DNA of 64,000 nucleotides from Victivallales bacterium (lineage in GTDB: Bacteria; Verrucomicrobiota; Lentisphaeria; Victivallales; GWF2-38-69), in NCBI GenBank assembly GCA_036011305.1, contig DASCNA010000145.1, forward strand, positions 17,374 to 81,373. The letters run 5' to 3'. This document shows, one piece after another, positions 19,901 through 29,968 of the stretch (position 1 is the stretch's first letter; every line of letters begins with the position of its first letter). The notes beneath the pieces were generated by a model, which ran no database searches, had not been told where the DNA came from, and saw only the letters and a list, made by a program, of their open reading frames with translations. Made by a program: the position numbers and the translations under genes.

Positions 19901-20722
19901 ATGGATATTACTGAGCTAAAAAAAACTGCTCTGAATATAAGAAAGCAGATAATAAATCTTACAGCTGATAAAGGTGTCGGGCATACAGGAGGTTCGCTTT
20001 CTGAAACCGATATACTTACTACACTCTATTTTGAAATTATGAATGTAGATCCTGAATATCCTAAAATGGAAAACAGAGATAGATTTATTTTGAGTAAAGG
20101 ACATTCAACACCGGGCTTTTATTCAACATTGGCTGAACGAGGTTTTTTTCCTAAAAAGAATCTAAATGAGTTTGATGAAATAGGCTCTATGCTACAGGGG
20201 CATCCATGCATGCATAAGACTCCCGGAGTAGATATGTCTTCAGGTTCCCTAGGACAAGGGGTATCTGTAGGTATTGGTATGAGTCTTGCAAAAGAAAAAT
20301 TTGGTTTGGATTTTAAAACTTTTGTATTAATGGGAGATGGAGAACAGGCTGAAGGGCAGATTTGGGAAGCTGCTATGTATGCTGGGGCAAATAAAGTGAA
20401 AGATTTGATTGGTATAGTTGACTATAACAAAGTCCAGCTTTGCGGGACAGTGAGTGATATTTTAGAGGTTGGACCTTTGAATGAAAAATGGAAAGCATTC
20501 GGCTGGCAGGTATTAGAGTGTGACGGACATAATTTGCAGGAATTAGTTAGTTACCTGAATAAAGCTAAAGAGTTATCAGATAATGGTCCTGTTGTTTTAA
20601 TTGCGCATACTGTAAAAGGTAAAGGTGTTTCTTTTATGGAGAATAAATTCCAATGGCACGGAAAAGCTCCAAATGAAGAAGAGAGACAAAAAGCTCTAAG
20701 GGAACTTGGCAGTAATCAGTAA
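19901..20722 (+). CDS. Transketolase, N-terminal subunit (split TK)
   Basis: GHTGGSLS and GDGEQAEGQIWEA motifs. ATG at 19901 (MDITELKK) is preferred over 19871. Confidence 0.85.
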   Translation: MDITELKKTALNIRKQIINLTADKGVGHTGGSLSETDILTTLYFEIMNVDPEYPKMENRDRFILSKGHSTPGFYSTLAERGFFPKKNLNEFDEIGSMLQGHPCMHKTPGVDMSSGSLGQGVSVGIGMSLAKEKFGLDFKTFVLMGDGEQAEGQIWEAAMYAGANKVKDLIGIVDYNKVQLCGTVSDILEVGPLNEKWKAFGWQVLECDGHNLQELVSYLNKAKELSDNGPVVLIAHTVKGKGVSFMENKFQWHGKAPNEEERQKALRELGSNQ

Positions 20723-20812
20723 ATAGTGACTGCAGATGGATGAAAAAAGTAAAAATTTAGACAAATCTATTGATAGCTGGTTACTGATTACTTAAAAAAG
20801 AGGGATTTAATT

Positions 20813-21772
20813 ATGAATATCGGAGATAAAATTGCACCTCGTGCCGCATTTGGTGATGCTCTTGTTGAATTGGGTTCAGAAAGAGATGATGTAGTTGTTT
20901 TAGATGCAGATGTAAGTGAAAGCACACAGACTGCAAAATTCGGTAAAAAATATCCTGATCGTTTTTATCAAATAGGCATTGCAGAACAGAATATGGTTGG
21001 AATTTCTGCGGGTATGGCAACTATGGGATTAACTCCATGGGTATCAACTTTTGCTGTATTTTTAGCTAAGAGAGCAGTTGACCAGATAAGAATTTCAGTA
21101 GCTTATGCAAATCAGAATGTAAAGCTTAATGGCGCATATGGAGGTATCCCTACAGGGAGGGCCGGAGCAACTCATCAGTCTGTTGAAGATATAGCGGTAA
21201 TGAGATGTATGCCTAATATGACAGTGATTTGTCCTGGTGATCCCAGAGAAGTTAAACAGGCAGTATTCAGTGCTACTGAATTTATCGGACCAGTATATTT
21301 AAGAACAGTACGATGTCCAGTTCCTGTTATCTTTGATTCAACTCATAAGTTTGAAATTGGTAAATCTTATCAGCTTGCTTATGGTAGAGATATAACTGTA
21401 ATTTCTACAGGGATGATGACACCAAAGGCTCTTGAGGCAGTTCAGAATTTAAAAATAAATCACAACATCAGTGCAAGGCTTATTCATATGCCTACTATTA
21501 AGCCGATAGATGTTGATGCGATAGTAAAAGCCAGCAGAGAAACAGGATCTATTATTACAGTGGAAAACCATAGTAAATTAGGAGGTCTTGGCGGTGCAGT
21601 GGCAGAAGTTATTACTGAATTTGCTCCCTGCCATTTAAGTAGATTGGGTTTTCCTGATGTATTTGGAGAATCTGGTGATGATGAAAAAATATTTAGTAAA
21701 TTAGGTGCAAATGTTGAATCAATAATTGATGCAGCATTGAAAGATTGTAAGAAGAGAACTGCTGCTGCTTAA
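20813..21772 (+). CDS. Transketolase, C-terminal subunit (split TK)
   Basis: The FGDALVELG...VLDADVSEST...IAEQNMVG pyrimidine-binding domain and a C-terminal TK domain. SD GAGGG. Confidence 0.9.
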   Translation: MNIGDKIAPRAAFGDALVELGSERDDVVVLDADVSESTQTAKFGKKYPDRFYQIGIAEQNMVGISAGMATMGLTPWVSTFAVFLAKRAVDQIRISVAYANQNVKLNGAYGGIPTGRAGATHQSVEDIAVMRCMPNMTVICPGDPREVKQAVFSATEFIGPVYLRTVRCPVPVIFDSTHKFEIGKSYQLAYGRDITVISTGMMTPKALEAVQNLKINHNISARLIHMPTIKPIDVDAIVKASRETGSIITVENHSKLGGLGGAVAEVITEFAPCHLSRLGFPDVFGESGDDEKIFSKLGANVESIIDAALKDCKKRTAAA

Positions 21773-21788
21773 ATCAAAAGGTGTAACA

Positions 21789-22415
21789 ATGAAAATTGCA
21801 GTTATTAATGAAACAAGTTCTGCTAATAGAAATAGTGATATTTTAAACGCCCTTGAAGGAAGAGGGCATGATATTTTTAATTTAGGAATGACAGTGCCGG
21901 GTGCTGAACCTGAACTGACATATATTCATACCGGATTACTGACAGGTTTACTCCTGAATCTTAAAAAAGTTGATCTCGTTATCGGCGGTTGTGGAACAGG
22001 GCAGGGATTCTTAAATTCTGCATTACAATATCCCGGAGTATTCTGCGGATTAATTCAGAATCCAATGGATGCCTGGCTATTTGCTCAGATTAACGGTGGC
22101 AACTGTATTTCACTAGCCCTTCAGATTCAGTATGGATGGGCTGCAGATGTGAATTTGAAGTTTATTTTTGATAAACTTTTCTCTTTCGAAAATTTTGGAT
22201 CAGGATATCCTGAAAATAGAAAAAAATCACAGGAACAGAGTCGAAACAGTTTAATAGACATATCACATAAATCACATAAAAAGATTCATGAAATATTAAA
22301 TTCAATTGATAAGGAAACTGTGGTAACTGCGCTGAATTATCCTGGTGTTCCTAAGTTTATCGATTTAGATAGTATAGATGATGAATTATTAAGAAAAACA
22401 TTATTTAATATATAA
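21789..22415 (+). CDS. RpiB/LacA/LacB-family sugar(-phosphate) isomerase with ~60-aa C-terminal extension
   Basis: MKIAVINE...GGCGTGQG core. At 208 aa it is longer than the canonical ~150-aa RpiB. Confidence 0.7.
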   Translation: MKIAVINETSSANRNSDILNALEGRGHDIFNLGMTVPGAEPELTYIHTGLLTGLLLNLKKVDLVIGGCGTGQGFLNSALQYPGVFCGLIQNPMDAWLFAQINGGNCISLALQIQYGWAADVNLKFIFDKLFSFENFGSGYPENRKKSQEQSRNSLIDISHKSHKKIHEILNSIDKETVVTALNYPGVPKFIDLDSIDDELLRKTLFNI

Positions 22416-22440
22416 ATTTTAAGATTATAGGAGTAAGAGT

Positions 22441-23499
22441 ATGAGCAAAATTAAAGTTGGATTTGTAGGATGCGGCAGAATTTCAGATCTCCATTATTTA
22501 GGCTATAAAGATAACCCAGATGCAGAACTCTATGCTATTGCTGATCCAAAGTATGAAGTTTTGGAAAAACGTAAGAAAGAGTGGAATGTTTCTAAAACTT
22601 ATCTGGATTACAAAGATCTTCTTAATGATAGTGAAGTTGAAGCTGTTGAAATACTTGCGCCTACAAATCTACATAAAGAAATTACTTTGGAAGCGATTAG
22701 GGCAGGAAAACACATTTCCTTGCAGAAACCTATGACACAACATTTAGAAGATGCTGAATGTATTGTTGAAGCTGCTAAAAAATCTGACAAGATATTTAAA
22801 CTGAATGAACCTTATGCCACATATCCTCCACTTGTATTTGCTAAAAAACTGATCGATGAAGGTGTGATTGGAGATGTCCATAATTTAAGAATGAAAATGA
22901 TAGCCTGGAACGATTTGTCCGGATGGGAAGTACCGCAAACCGCATGGGAGTGGCGTATTGCTGAAAATAAAGCTGGCAGACCCCGACAGACATTTGATCA
23001 TGGGCACCATTTATGGGCAATTGCATGGTATCTTCTTGGAGATATAGAAAAAACATTCAGCATGATTGATTTTATGAAAGATGATTCAATTGATTCTCCC
23101 GGAGCTATTATATGGAAATATAAAGAACCTCATAAATTGGGAATGTGCGAATATACTTATTCAGATGAACTACATACTAAAAGTAAATATTATGCGAATG
23201 ATGAATGGTATGAAATAACAGGTTCAAAAGGATTGATACAGGTTAATGAATGCAATGGTGATATTTTAGACAGGCCTACGGTGAGTGTTTTTACAGATGA
23301 CGGATGGAAGCATTATGACAATATTCCAGCAGACTGGAGTGAAGGATTTATTAATTCGGCAAGGAACTTTGCCAAGGCCATTAAAGGAGAAGAAAAACCT
23401 TTAGTTACTGCAGAAGAAGGCCTAAAAATTCTGAGATTCAGCCACGCTATTCAGAAGTCTTCAAGGGAGAAACGCGAAATTTATATTGATGAAATTTAA
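22441..23499 (+). CDS. Gfo/Idh/MocA-family NAD(P)-dependent oxidoreductase
   Basis: N-terminal Rossmann motif KVGFVGCGRIS, then an EKP-like LQKPM motif. Confidence 0.85.
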   Translation: MSKIKVGFVGCGRISDLHYLGYKDNPDAELYAIADPKYEVLEKRKKEWNVSKTYLDYKDLLNDSEVEAVEILAPTNLHKEITLEAIRAGKHISLQKPMTQHLEDAECIVEAAKKSDKIFKLNEPYATYPPLVFAKKLIDEGVIGDVHNLRMKMIAWNDLSGWEVPQTAWEWRIAENKAGRPRQTFDHGHHLWAIAWYLLGDIEKTFSMIDFMKDDSIDSPGAIIWKYKEPHKLGMCEYTYSDELHTKSKYYANDEWYEITGSKGLIQVNECNGDILDRPTVSVFTDDGWKHYDNIPADWSEGFINSARNFAKAIKGEEKPLVTAEEGLKILRFSHAIQKSSREKREIYIDEI

Positions 23500-23542
23500 T
23501 AATTCAGTTGTTTATATATAAAAATTTAAAGATAGGGGAGTT

Positions 23543-24940
23543 ATGTCAGAAACTAAATTAGATAGTATTAATTCATCAGCTAAGGATGACTCTTATGTCA
23601 CTCCTCCATCTGAAATAGTTCCAACAAAAGTAAAAATAGGATATGCTTTTGGTGATTTTGGAGCTAATTTCTTTTTCCAGTCAGTAGCTATTTTTCTCAT
23701 GTTTTTCTGGACAGATGTGTTTATGATATCTGCTTCAGCAGCTGGTTTGATTTTTCTCTGTTCAAAAGTATGGGATGCTGTTTCTGATCCTCTGATGGGA
23801 TATGTTGCAGATCATACAGAATCAAGATGGGGGCAGAAAAGACCTTATTTGTTATTTGGTGCTGTTCCATTGGGTATTACTCTGTTTCTTCTTTTTGCTG
23901 CGCCTCCAATAACTACATATTCATTAAAGATTGTGTATGCAACTTTTACATTTATTGCTGTATGTACAATGTACACTGTTGTTAATGTTCCTTATGCAGC
24001 TATGACTGCTAATTTAACCCTTGATTCGAGAGAAAGAGGGAAACTGACAAGTTTCAGAATGATGGGAGCAATAATAGGTACTTTAATAGTTGCAACTTTA
24101 ACAAAACCCCTTGTAGCAGCATTCAGCAATCAGGTGACAGGATTCAGAGTGATGGGGGTAATTTACGGTGTGGCAATTGCAGTCTGTACATTACTAACTT
24201 TCTGTATAGTTAAGGAAAGAGTCAGAACACATACAGAAGCTAATCCAGGAGGTTTGAAAGATATCTTTAAAGTAACTTTGAAAAATAAACCTTTTATATT
24301 TCTGTTTTTAGGTATATTCTTTCATTATACTTCTTTTCTAATATTTCTTGCTTCAGTTATTTATTTCTTTAAATATATTATACACAGACCTGATTTTGTA
24401 GCTGTTGGATTTTTCTTCATATATATACCTGCGGCAATAATGCTTCCGGTACTTTCCAGAGTAGGTAAAAGATTTGGAAAGAAAATTATGTTTAACGGTG
24501 GTATGACTATTTATGCAATTGGGTTATTATGTCTATTTTTTATCAAAGACTATAACATTGTAGTTTTAATTTGTATTTATACTGTTATCGGGCTTGGTAC
24601 TGCTGCAATATATCAGGGACCATGGTCTACAATGCCTGACACTGTAGAGTATTCTGAGTGGAAAACAGGTTTACGACGTGAAGGCATAATATATGGAGTA
24701 TTTTTCTTTGGGATGAAACTGGCAGCAGGTTTCGCTGCATTTTTAGTTGGATATATTCTTAGTATGGGAGGATATGTAGCTGATGGAAATCAAACGAGTA
24801 CTGCATTATTTACAATTAGATTTTTAACTACAATTCTTCCTTTGGTCTGTTTCGTTATAGGTGCTTTTTTCATTTGGCTTTATCCGATTACGCATAAGTT
24901 CCATAAAAAAATGGTAGATGATATTGTAGATAGAATTTAA
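23543..24940 (+). CDS. GPH-family (glycoside-pentoside-hexuronide) cation symporter, paralogue 1
   Basis: 12-TM protein with GYAFGDFGANFFFQ...WDAVSDPLMGY..D....RWGQKRPY, typical of MelB/YicJ/YihO-type carriers. Confidence 0.85.
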   Translation: MSETKLDSINSSAKDDSYVTPPSEIVPTKVKIGYAFGDFGANFFFQSVAIFLMFFWTDVFMISASAAGLIFLCSKVWDAVSDPLMGYVADHTESRWGQKRPYLLFGAVPLGITLFLLFAAPPITTYSLKIVYATFTFIAVCTMYTVVNVPYAAMTANLTLDSRERGKLTSFRMMGAIIGTLIVATLTKPLVAAFSNQVTGFRVMGVIYGVAIAVCTLLTFCIVKERVRTHTEANPGGLKDIFKVTLKNKPFIFLFLGIFFHYTSFLIFLASVIYFFKYIIHRPDFVAVGFFFIYIPAAIMLPVLSRVGKRFGKKIMFNGGMTIYAIGLLCLFFIKDYNIVVLICIYTVIGLGTAAIYQGPWSTMPDTVEYSEWKTGLRREGIIYGVFFFGMKLAAGFAAFLVGYILSMGGYVADGNQTSTALFTIRFLTTILPLVCFVIGAFFIWLYPITHKFHKKMVDDIVDRI

Positions 24941-25074
24941 CAGTAAAAGATTTAGCAAATTGTTGGTTTATTAATGTAATATAGAAATCCAAAAACGGAT
25001 TAAAGTTTCATTATAGAATAAATTTATACTCTAAGGAAGTATTAATTATTTATATAAGGGGGGGGATTTAAGTA

Positions 25075-26493
25075 ATGTCATTAGCCATGGGGCAAAGTAA
25101 AAAATTTAGAACGTTTAATGCAGTGCCGGTTGAAGATAACTCAAGTAGATTAGGTTCTGAAAGATTATCAAAAAAGTTAAAAATAGGATATGCCTTCGGA
25201 GATTTTGGAGCAAACTTTTTCTTCCAGGCCGTAGCAATTTTTCTTCTGTTTTTCTGGACAGATGTTTTTAGTATATCTGCGGAAACAGCCGGTATTATAT
25301 TTTTAATTGCTAAAATCTGGGATGCTGTTTTTGATCCAACGATAGGATATCTTGTTGATAAAACGAATACTAGATGGGGGCAGAAAAGACCTTATCTCCT
25401 ATTTGGAGCTGTTCCGTTGGGTATTATTTTATTCTTACTATTTGCTGCACCGCCTATTTCATCTGAATTAGGGAGAGCAGTGTATGCTGGTATTACTTTT
25501 GTAGGAGGATGTTCGATTTATGCTCTTGTTAATGTTCCCTATGCATCTATGACTGCAAATTTGACTAATGATTACAAAGAAAGGGATAGTTTAACAGGAT
25601 TCAGGATGATGGGTGCAATATTAGGTACTCTTATTGTTGCTGTATTAACAAGACCGATTGTGCATGCTTTTGCAAATCCTGTTACAGGTTTCAGGGTAAT
25701 GGGAATTATTTTCGGGGCAGCTATTTGTATATGCTCTTTAATACCATTTTTTGTAGTTAAAGAAAAAGTGAGAACCCCCAAAGGAGATCATTGTAAAATA
25801 ACCGATGTTCCCAAAGTAGTTAAGAGTAATCCTCCAATGATGATATTGTATCTTGGAATATTTTTTCATTATAATTCTTATTTTATATTTTTAGCTGCTA
25901 TTCCTTTTTTCTTTCAGTACTGTTTAAAAGGTATGGATTTTAGTACTATTGGTTTTTTCTGCCTTTTCGGAGGTGCTGCCTGTATGCTTCCTTTTCTAGT
26001 TATGATATCTAAGAAATTTGGAAAAAAAATAATGTTCAATGGTGGTATGGCTGTATTCGCTTTGGGATTGCTTTGCTTGTCTTTTGTACATACATATAGC
26101 ATACCAATTCTTGTTATTGTCTATATATTAATTGGTTTAGGAATTGCCAGTATTTATCAGGGGCCATGGTCCATTGTACCTGATGTTATTGAATACTCTG
26201 AATGGAAAACAGGACTTCGCAGAGAAGGAACAATTTATGGCATATTGTTCTTTTTTATGAAACTTGCAGCAGGGTTGAGTGCATTTTGGGTAGGTATTGT
26301 ATTAAGCATGGGTGGGTATGTTCCAGATGTTTCTCAATCTTCTACCTCTTTAATGACTATTAGGTTTGTGACAACTTACCTTCCAATTATTGTATTTTTA
26401 TTCGGCGCTTTTTTTATATACCTTTTTCCAATTACTGCTAAATTCCATAAGCAGATGGTAATTGATATAGAAAATAGAAAAAATAAAGGTTGA
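25075..26493 (+). CDS. GPH-family cation symporter, paralogue 2
   Basis: Colinear with the upstream gene, sharing long identical runs (GYAFGDFGANFFFQ, RWGQKRPYLLFGAVPLGI, EYSEWKTGLRREG). SD AAGGGGGG. Confidence 0.85.
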   Translation: MSLAMGQSKKFRTFNAVPVEDNSSRLGSERLSKKLKIGYAFGDFGANFFFQAVAIFLLFFWTDVFSISAETAGIIFLIAKIWDAVFDPTIGYLVDKTNTRWGQKRPYLLFGAVPLGIILFLLFAAPPISSELGRAVYAGITFVGGCSIYALVNVPYASMTANLTNDYKERDSLTGFRMMGAILGTLIVAVLTRPIVHAFANPVTGFRVMGIIFGAAICICSLIPFFVVKEKVRTPKGDHCKITDVPKVVKSNPPMMILYLGIFFHYNSYFIFLAAIPFFFQYCLKGMDFSTIGFFCLFGGAACMLPFLVMISKKFGKKIMFNGGMAVFALGLLCLSFVHTYSIPILVIVYILIGLGIASIYQGPWSIVPDVIEYSEWKTGLRREGTIYGILFFFMKLAAGLSAFWVGIVLSMGGYVPDVSQSSTSLMTIRFVTTYLPIIVFLFGAFFIYLFPITAKFHKQMVIDIENRKNKG

Positions 26494-26502
26494 TAATTAT
26501 AG

Positions 26503-26530
26503 ATTTCGGATTTGATGATGAATCCGAAAT
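26503..26530 (+). terminator. Hairpin downstream of the GPH pair
   Basis: atttcggatt (26503-12) pairs with aatccgaaat (26521-30), with an 8-nt loop. The T-tail is weak. Confidence 0.45.
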
Positions 26531-26881
26531 TCATACTCATGCTTGATTAAAAAAATTGATAAGTCATCAGTAAGCTACTGATAATAAATAACTGTACTTA
26601 TGTGATAAAGTATTTAAATATCCAATTTATCTAAAGTAATTTTCAATAAGTGTGCTATATTACATGCCCTTTAGGTGTTTACCGATTCGACACCTGATAT
26701 ATTATGGATATTTTGACCCATGTTTTTAGCATGAGTTTGGTATATAGAAATTTGTATTTTAACCTACAGATAGGTAACAATATCATATTATTCATTAAAA
26801 AATAAAATAAATTTAACTTTAAAATTTTGCCTTGTGGATCGGCCGCATAGTTGTTGGTTAGGCAGATCACAGGATAATTTT

Positions 26882-28171
26882 ATGTCATTTAAAAATTTAG
26901 GACTTCGTCCGGAAATACTGGACACAGTTGAGAAAAAAGGTTATATCGAGGCCACACCTATTCAGAAACAGGCCATTCCGTTTATTATTCAAGGTAGAGA
27001 TATTTTAGGTGGAGCACAAACCGGAACAGGTAAAACTGCCGCTTTTACTTTGCCTCTTTTACATAATTTAACTACAAAGGGTCATTCGGTTGGTAATCGT
27101 CCGCGTGCGTTGGTAATTACACCGACTCGTGAACTGGCAGCTCAGATAGGGCAAAGCATAAATGATTACGGGAAAGGGCTGCATGTGCGTTCAACGGTTA
27201 TTTTTGGCGGAGTCTCTGCAAATCCACAGGTACAATGCCTTCGCAAAGGTGTTGATATTCTTGTTGCTACTCCAGGCCGTCTTTTAGATCTTGCAAACCA
27301 GAAAGTTCTTGATATCTCACATATAGAAGTTTTGATTCTTGATGAAGCTGACCGCATGTTGGATATGGGCTTTATTCATGATATTCGTAAAATTATAAAA
27401 TTGCTGCCTAAGAAAAGGCAAACTCTGTTTTTTTCTGCGACTTACTCAAAAGAGATCAAAACATTGGGAGATACTATTCTCAATAATCCGAAACTGATTG
27501 AAGTGGCACGTCGAAATAAACCTGCTGAAAATGTAGATCATACTGTTTACTGTGTAGAAAAGCTTCTTAAACGTAAATTACTGGCTCATCTTATTAAGAA
27601 AGGTAACTGGAATCAGGTATTGGTATTTACAAAGACTAAACACGGTGCCAACCGCTTGGCGAAACAGTTAGATAAGGACGGTATAATGTCGACAGCCATC
27701 CATGGTAATAAAAGTCAGGGAGCACGTACTCGTGCTCTTGCTGAATTTAAAGCATGTAAAGTGCGTATTTTGGTAGCAACTGATATTGCTGCTAGAGGTC
27801 TTGATATTGACCGCCTGCCATATGTTGTAAATTTCGATTTACCGCATGTTGCTGAAGATTATATACACCGTATTGGTCGCACAGGTCGTGCCGGTAGCAC
27901 AGGAAAAGCGATTTCTCTAGTGTCTGATGAAGAGATAAAACTGTTGCGTGCCGTAGAACGTCTTATGAAAAAAGCGATTCCCGTTAAGCGTGCCGAAGAT
28001 TTTTCAGAGGATTCAGTGCAGGTTCTGCATATAAATAAATCTACACAACCCAAGTATTCTAAAGAATTGAGTAGAGGTGGCAGGAACAGTGGTTTTCAGA
28101 AAAATAAATTCAAAAGCTATAAAAAGAATATTAATAATTATCAAAATAATTGCTCCTCAATTAATCAGTAA
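26882..28171 (+). CDS. rhlE: DEAD-box ATP-dependent RNA helicase, RhlE-like
   Basis: [31 protein letters not shown]. Long runs match my recollection of E. coli RhlE (GNW.QVLVFT.TKHGAN.LA.QL.KDGI...[18 protein letters not shown]). ATG at 26882 (after AGGA) is preferred over the listed 26834. Confidence 0.9.
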   Translation: MSFKNLGLRPEILDTVEKKGYIEATPIQKQAIPFIIQGRDILGGAQTGTGKTAAFTLPLLHNLTTKGHSVGNRPRALVITPTRELAAQIGQSINDYGKGLHVRSTVIFGGVSANPQVQCLRKGVDILVATPGRLLDLANQKVLDISHIEVLILDEADRMLDMGFIHDIRKIIKLLPKKRQTLFFSATYSKEIKTLGDTILNNPKLIEVARRNKPAENVDHTVYCVEKLLKRKLLAHLIKKGNWNQVLVFTKTKHGANRLAKQLDKDGIMSTAIHGNKSQGARTRALAEFKACKVRILVATDIAARGLDIDRLPYVVNFDLPHVAEDYIHRIGRTGRAGSTGKAISLVSDEEIKLLRAVERLMKKAIPVKRAEDFSEDSVQVLHINKSTQPKYSKELSRGGRNSGFQKNKFKSYKKNINNYQNNCSSINQ

Positions 28172-28264
28172 TAAACTGAGACAGTAATTTTTTATAACAG
28201 ATTAATTAAACATACCTGAGTAGTACTCTGGAATAAATATATAAAATTTAAGGTAAAATATAAT

Positions 28265-29860
28265 ATGATTTCAACATCCAAAGTGACAATGCGTTTTGGA
28301 CATGATACTTTGTTCGAAGATGTTAGTGTCAAATTTACAAATGGTAACCGATATGGTTTAATTGGAGCAAACGGTTCCGGAAAATCTACTTTTATGAAGA
28401 TTCTAACCGGTCAGCTTGAACCTTCACATGGGGAAATATCTGTACAAAAAGATTGTTCTCTAGGTTATCTGAAACAGGATCACTCTGAGTTTGATGAGTG
28501 CTCTATAATCGACACAGTCTATATGGGAAATAAAAAGTTGTGGGATCTGCATTGTGAACGCGATATACTCTATTCCAAGGTTGAACTGACAGATGAAGAA
28601 AATGACCGTTGTGATAATATTGAGGAGGAGTATGGAGATGCCGGTGGCTATACAATGGAAGCAAGTGCAACAAAATTGCTTGTAGGACTTGGTTTTTCCG
28701 AGGAACTATTTTTTCAACCGATGAATACACTTCAAGGCGGTTTTAAACTTCGAGTTTTACTCGCTCAGGTTTTGTTTGGTTCTCCAGATATTTTACTGCT
28801 TGATGAACCTACCAACCATCTTGACATGGAATCTATAGAGTGGCTCATCGAATTTCTGAAACGTTATCAGGGAACTGTTATTGCTATCTCACATGATCGT
28901 TTTTTCCTTAATCGTACCAGTACTCATATTGCAGATCTTGATTATCATGAAATTCGTATGTTCACAGGGAATTACGACAGTTTTATAATTGCCACCCTTG
29001 AAGCACGAGCTTTAATGGAAAAACATAATAAGAAAATGGAAAAACGAATTCATGACCTTAAAGTATTTATTTCACGCTTCAGTGCTAATGCATCAAAAGC
29101 TAAACAGGCTACATCACGTCAGAAAGAATTGAAAAGTATTGAATTAAATGATATTAAACCGAGTTCACGTGTTTCTCCGTATATTCGTTTTGAACCAAAG
29201 AATCGTCTCGGTCAAAAGGTAATTATCGCTAAAAATATATCAAAGAGTTACGATAAAGATTTATTTAAAAATTTCTCGTGTGAAATAGGTCCTAAAGAAA
29301 AAGTGGCGATCATAGGAACCAACGGCACTGGAAAAACAACACTTCTTAAGATTTTGACTGGTGAGATGAAATCTGACACTGGTTCTGTTATACATGGTGA
29401 GACCGTAGACTTTAGTATATTTCCACAGGAACCTTCTGAAATTCTTGATATGGAACAAAAAGCCATTGACTGGCTTTGGTCATTTGCAGAGGCTGATACT
29501 GATGAAACAGAACTCCGTTCATTTATGGGAAGAATGCTATTTAGCGGTGATAATATTTTTAAGAAAATCAAACTTTTGAGCGGAGGAGAAAAATCACGAC
29601 TAATCATCTCCAGAATGTTAATGCTTAGAGGTAATGTCCTTATTCTTGATGAACCGACTAATCATCTTGACCTAGAATCAATTGAAGCATTAAACTATGC
29701 TCTTTCACTAGTTAAAGAAACTATTGTTTTTGTATCTCATGACCATCGATTCGTGAGTACTCTTGCAACTCGTATCATTGAAGTTAATAAAGATAAAATT
29801 ATTGATTATCCAGGGACGATTGAAGAGTTCGAAGCTTGGAAGAAAAAACAGAAAAAATAA
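28265..29860 (+). CDS. ABC-F family ATPase, YbiT-like (two ABC domains, no TMD)
   Basis: Two Walker A sites (GANGSGKST, GTNGTGKTT), two LSGG signatures and an inter-domain linker. NRYGLIGANGSGKSTFMKIL and FISRFSANASKAKQATSR closely recall E. coli YbiT. Confidence 0.9.
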   Translation: MISTSKVTMRFGHDTLFEDVSVKFTNGNRYGLIGANGSGKSTFMKILTGQLEPSHGEISVQKDCSLGYLKQDHSEFDECSIIDTVYMGNKKLWDLHCERDILYSKVELTDEENDRCDNIEEEYGDAGGYTMEASATKLLVGLGFSEELFFQPMNTLQGGFKLRVLLAQVLFGSPDILLLDEPTNHLDMESIEWLIEFLKRYQGTVIAISHDRFFLNRTSTHIADLDYHEIRMFTGNYDSFIIATLEARALMEKHNKKMEKRIHDLKVFISRFSANASKAKQATSRQKELKSIELNDIKPSSRVSPYIRFEPKNRLGQKVIIAKNISKSYDKDLFKNFSCEIGPKEKVAIIGTNGTGKTTLLKILTGEMKSDTGSVIHGETVDFSIFPQEPSEILDMEQKAIDWLWSFAEADTDETELRSFMGRMLFSGDNIFKKIKLLSGGEKSRLIISRMLMLRGNVLILDEPTNHLDLESIEALNYALSLVKETIVFVSHDHRFVSTLATRIIEVNKDKIIDYPGTIEEFEAWKKKQKK

Positions 29861-29906
29861 TCTTTCATATGAATTACTGGAACAATCCAAAAGCATATAT
29901 CAGAAA

Positions 29907-29946
29907 TTATAGATTTCGAGTTTATTTCAGAACACGAAACCTATAA
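29907..29946. terminator. Hairpin between convergent genes
   Basis: ttatagatttcg (29907-18) pairs with cgaaacctataa (29935-46) with one mismatch and a 16-nt loop. Confidence 0.4.
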
Positions 29947-29968
29947 TTAATATTGTAGTACATATACG

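Noticed and set aside
17901-26493. Calling the cluster a canonical myo-inositol (iol) catabolic operon because of the IolD-like gene.
   Set aside because: The iolB, iolC, iolE, iolJ and iolT equivalents are absent. A split transketolase and an RpiB-like isomerase are not part of that pathway. It is reported instead as an unassigned pathway.
26495-29918. The shared 14-mer AATTATAGATTTCG at the start of both hairpins flanking rhlE and the ABC-F gene, considered as mobile-element ends or att-like sites.
   Set aside because: For this base composition I estimate on the order of a hundred chance exact 14-mer pairs in 64 kb. No integrase or transposase is present. It is kept only as a weak supporting note in the island finding.
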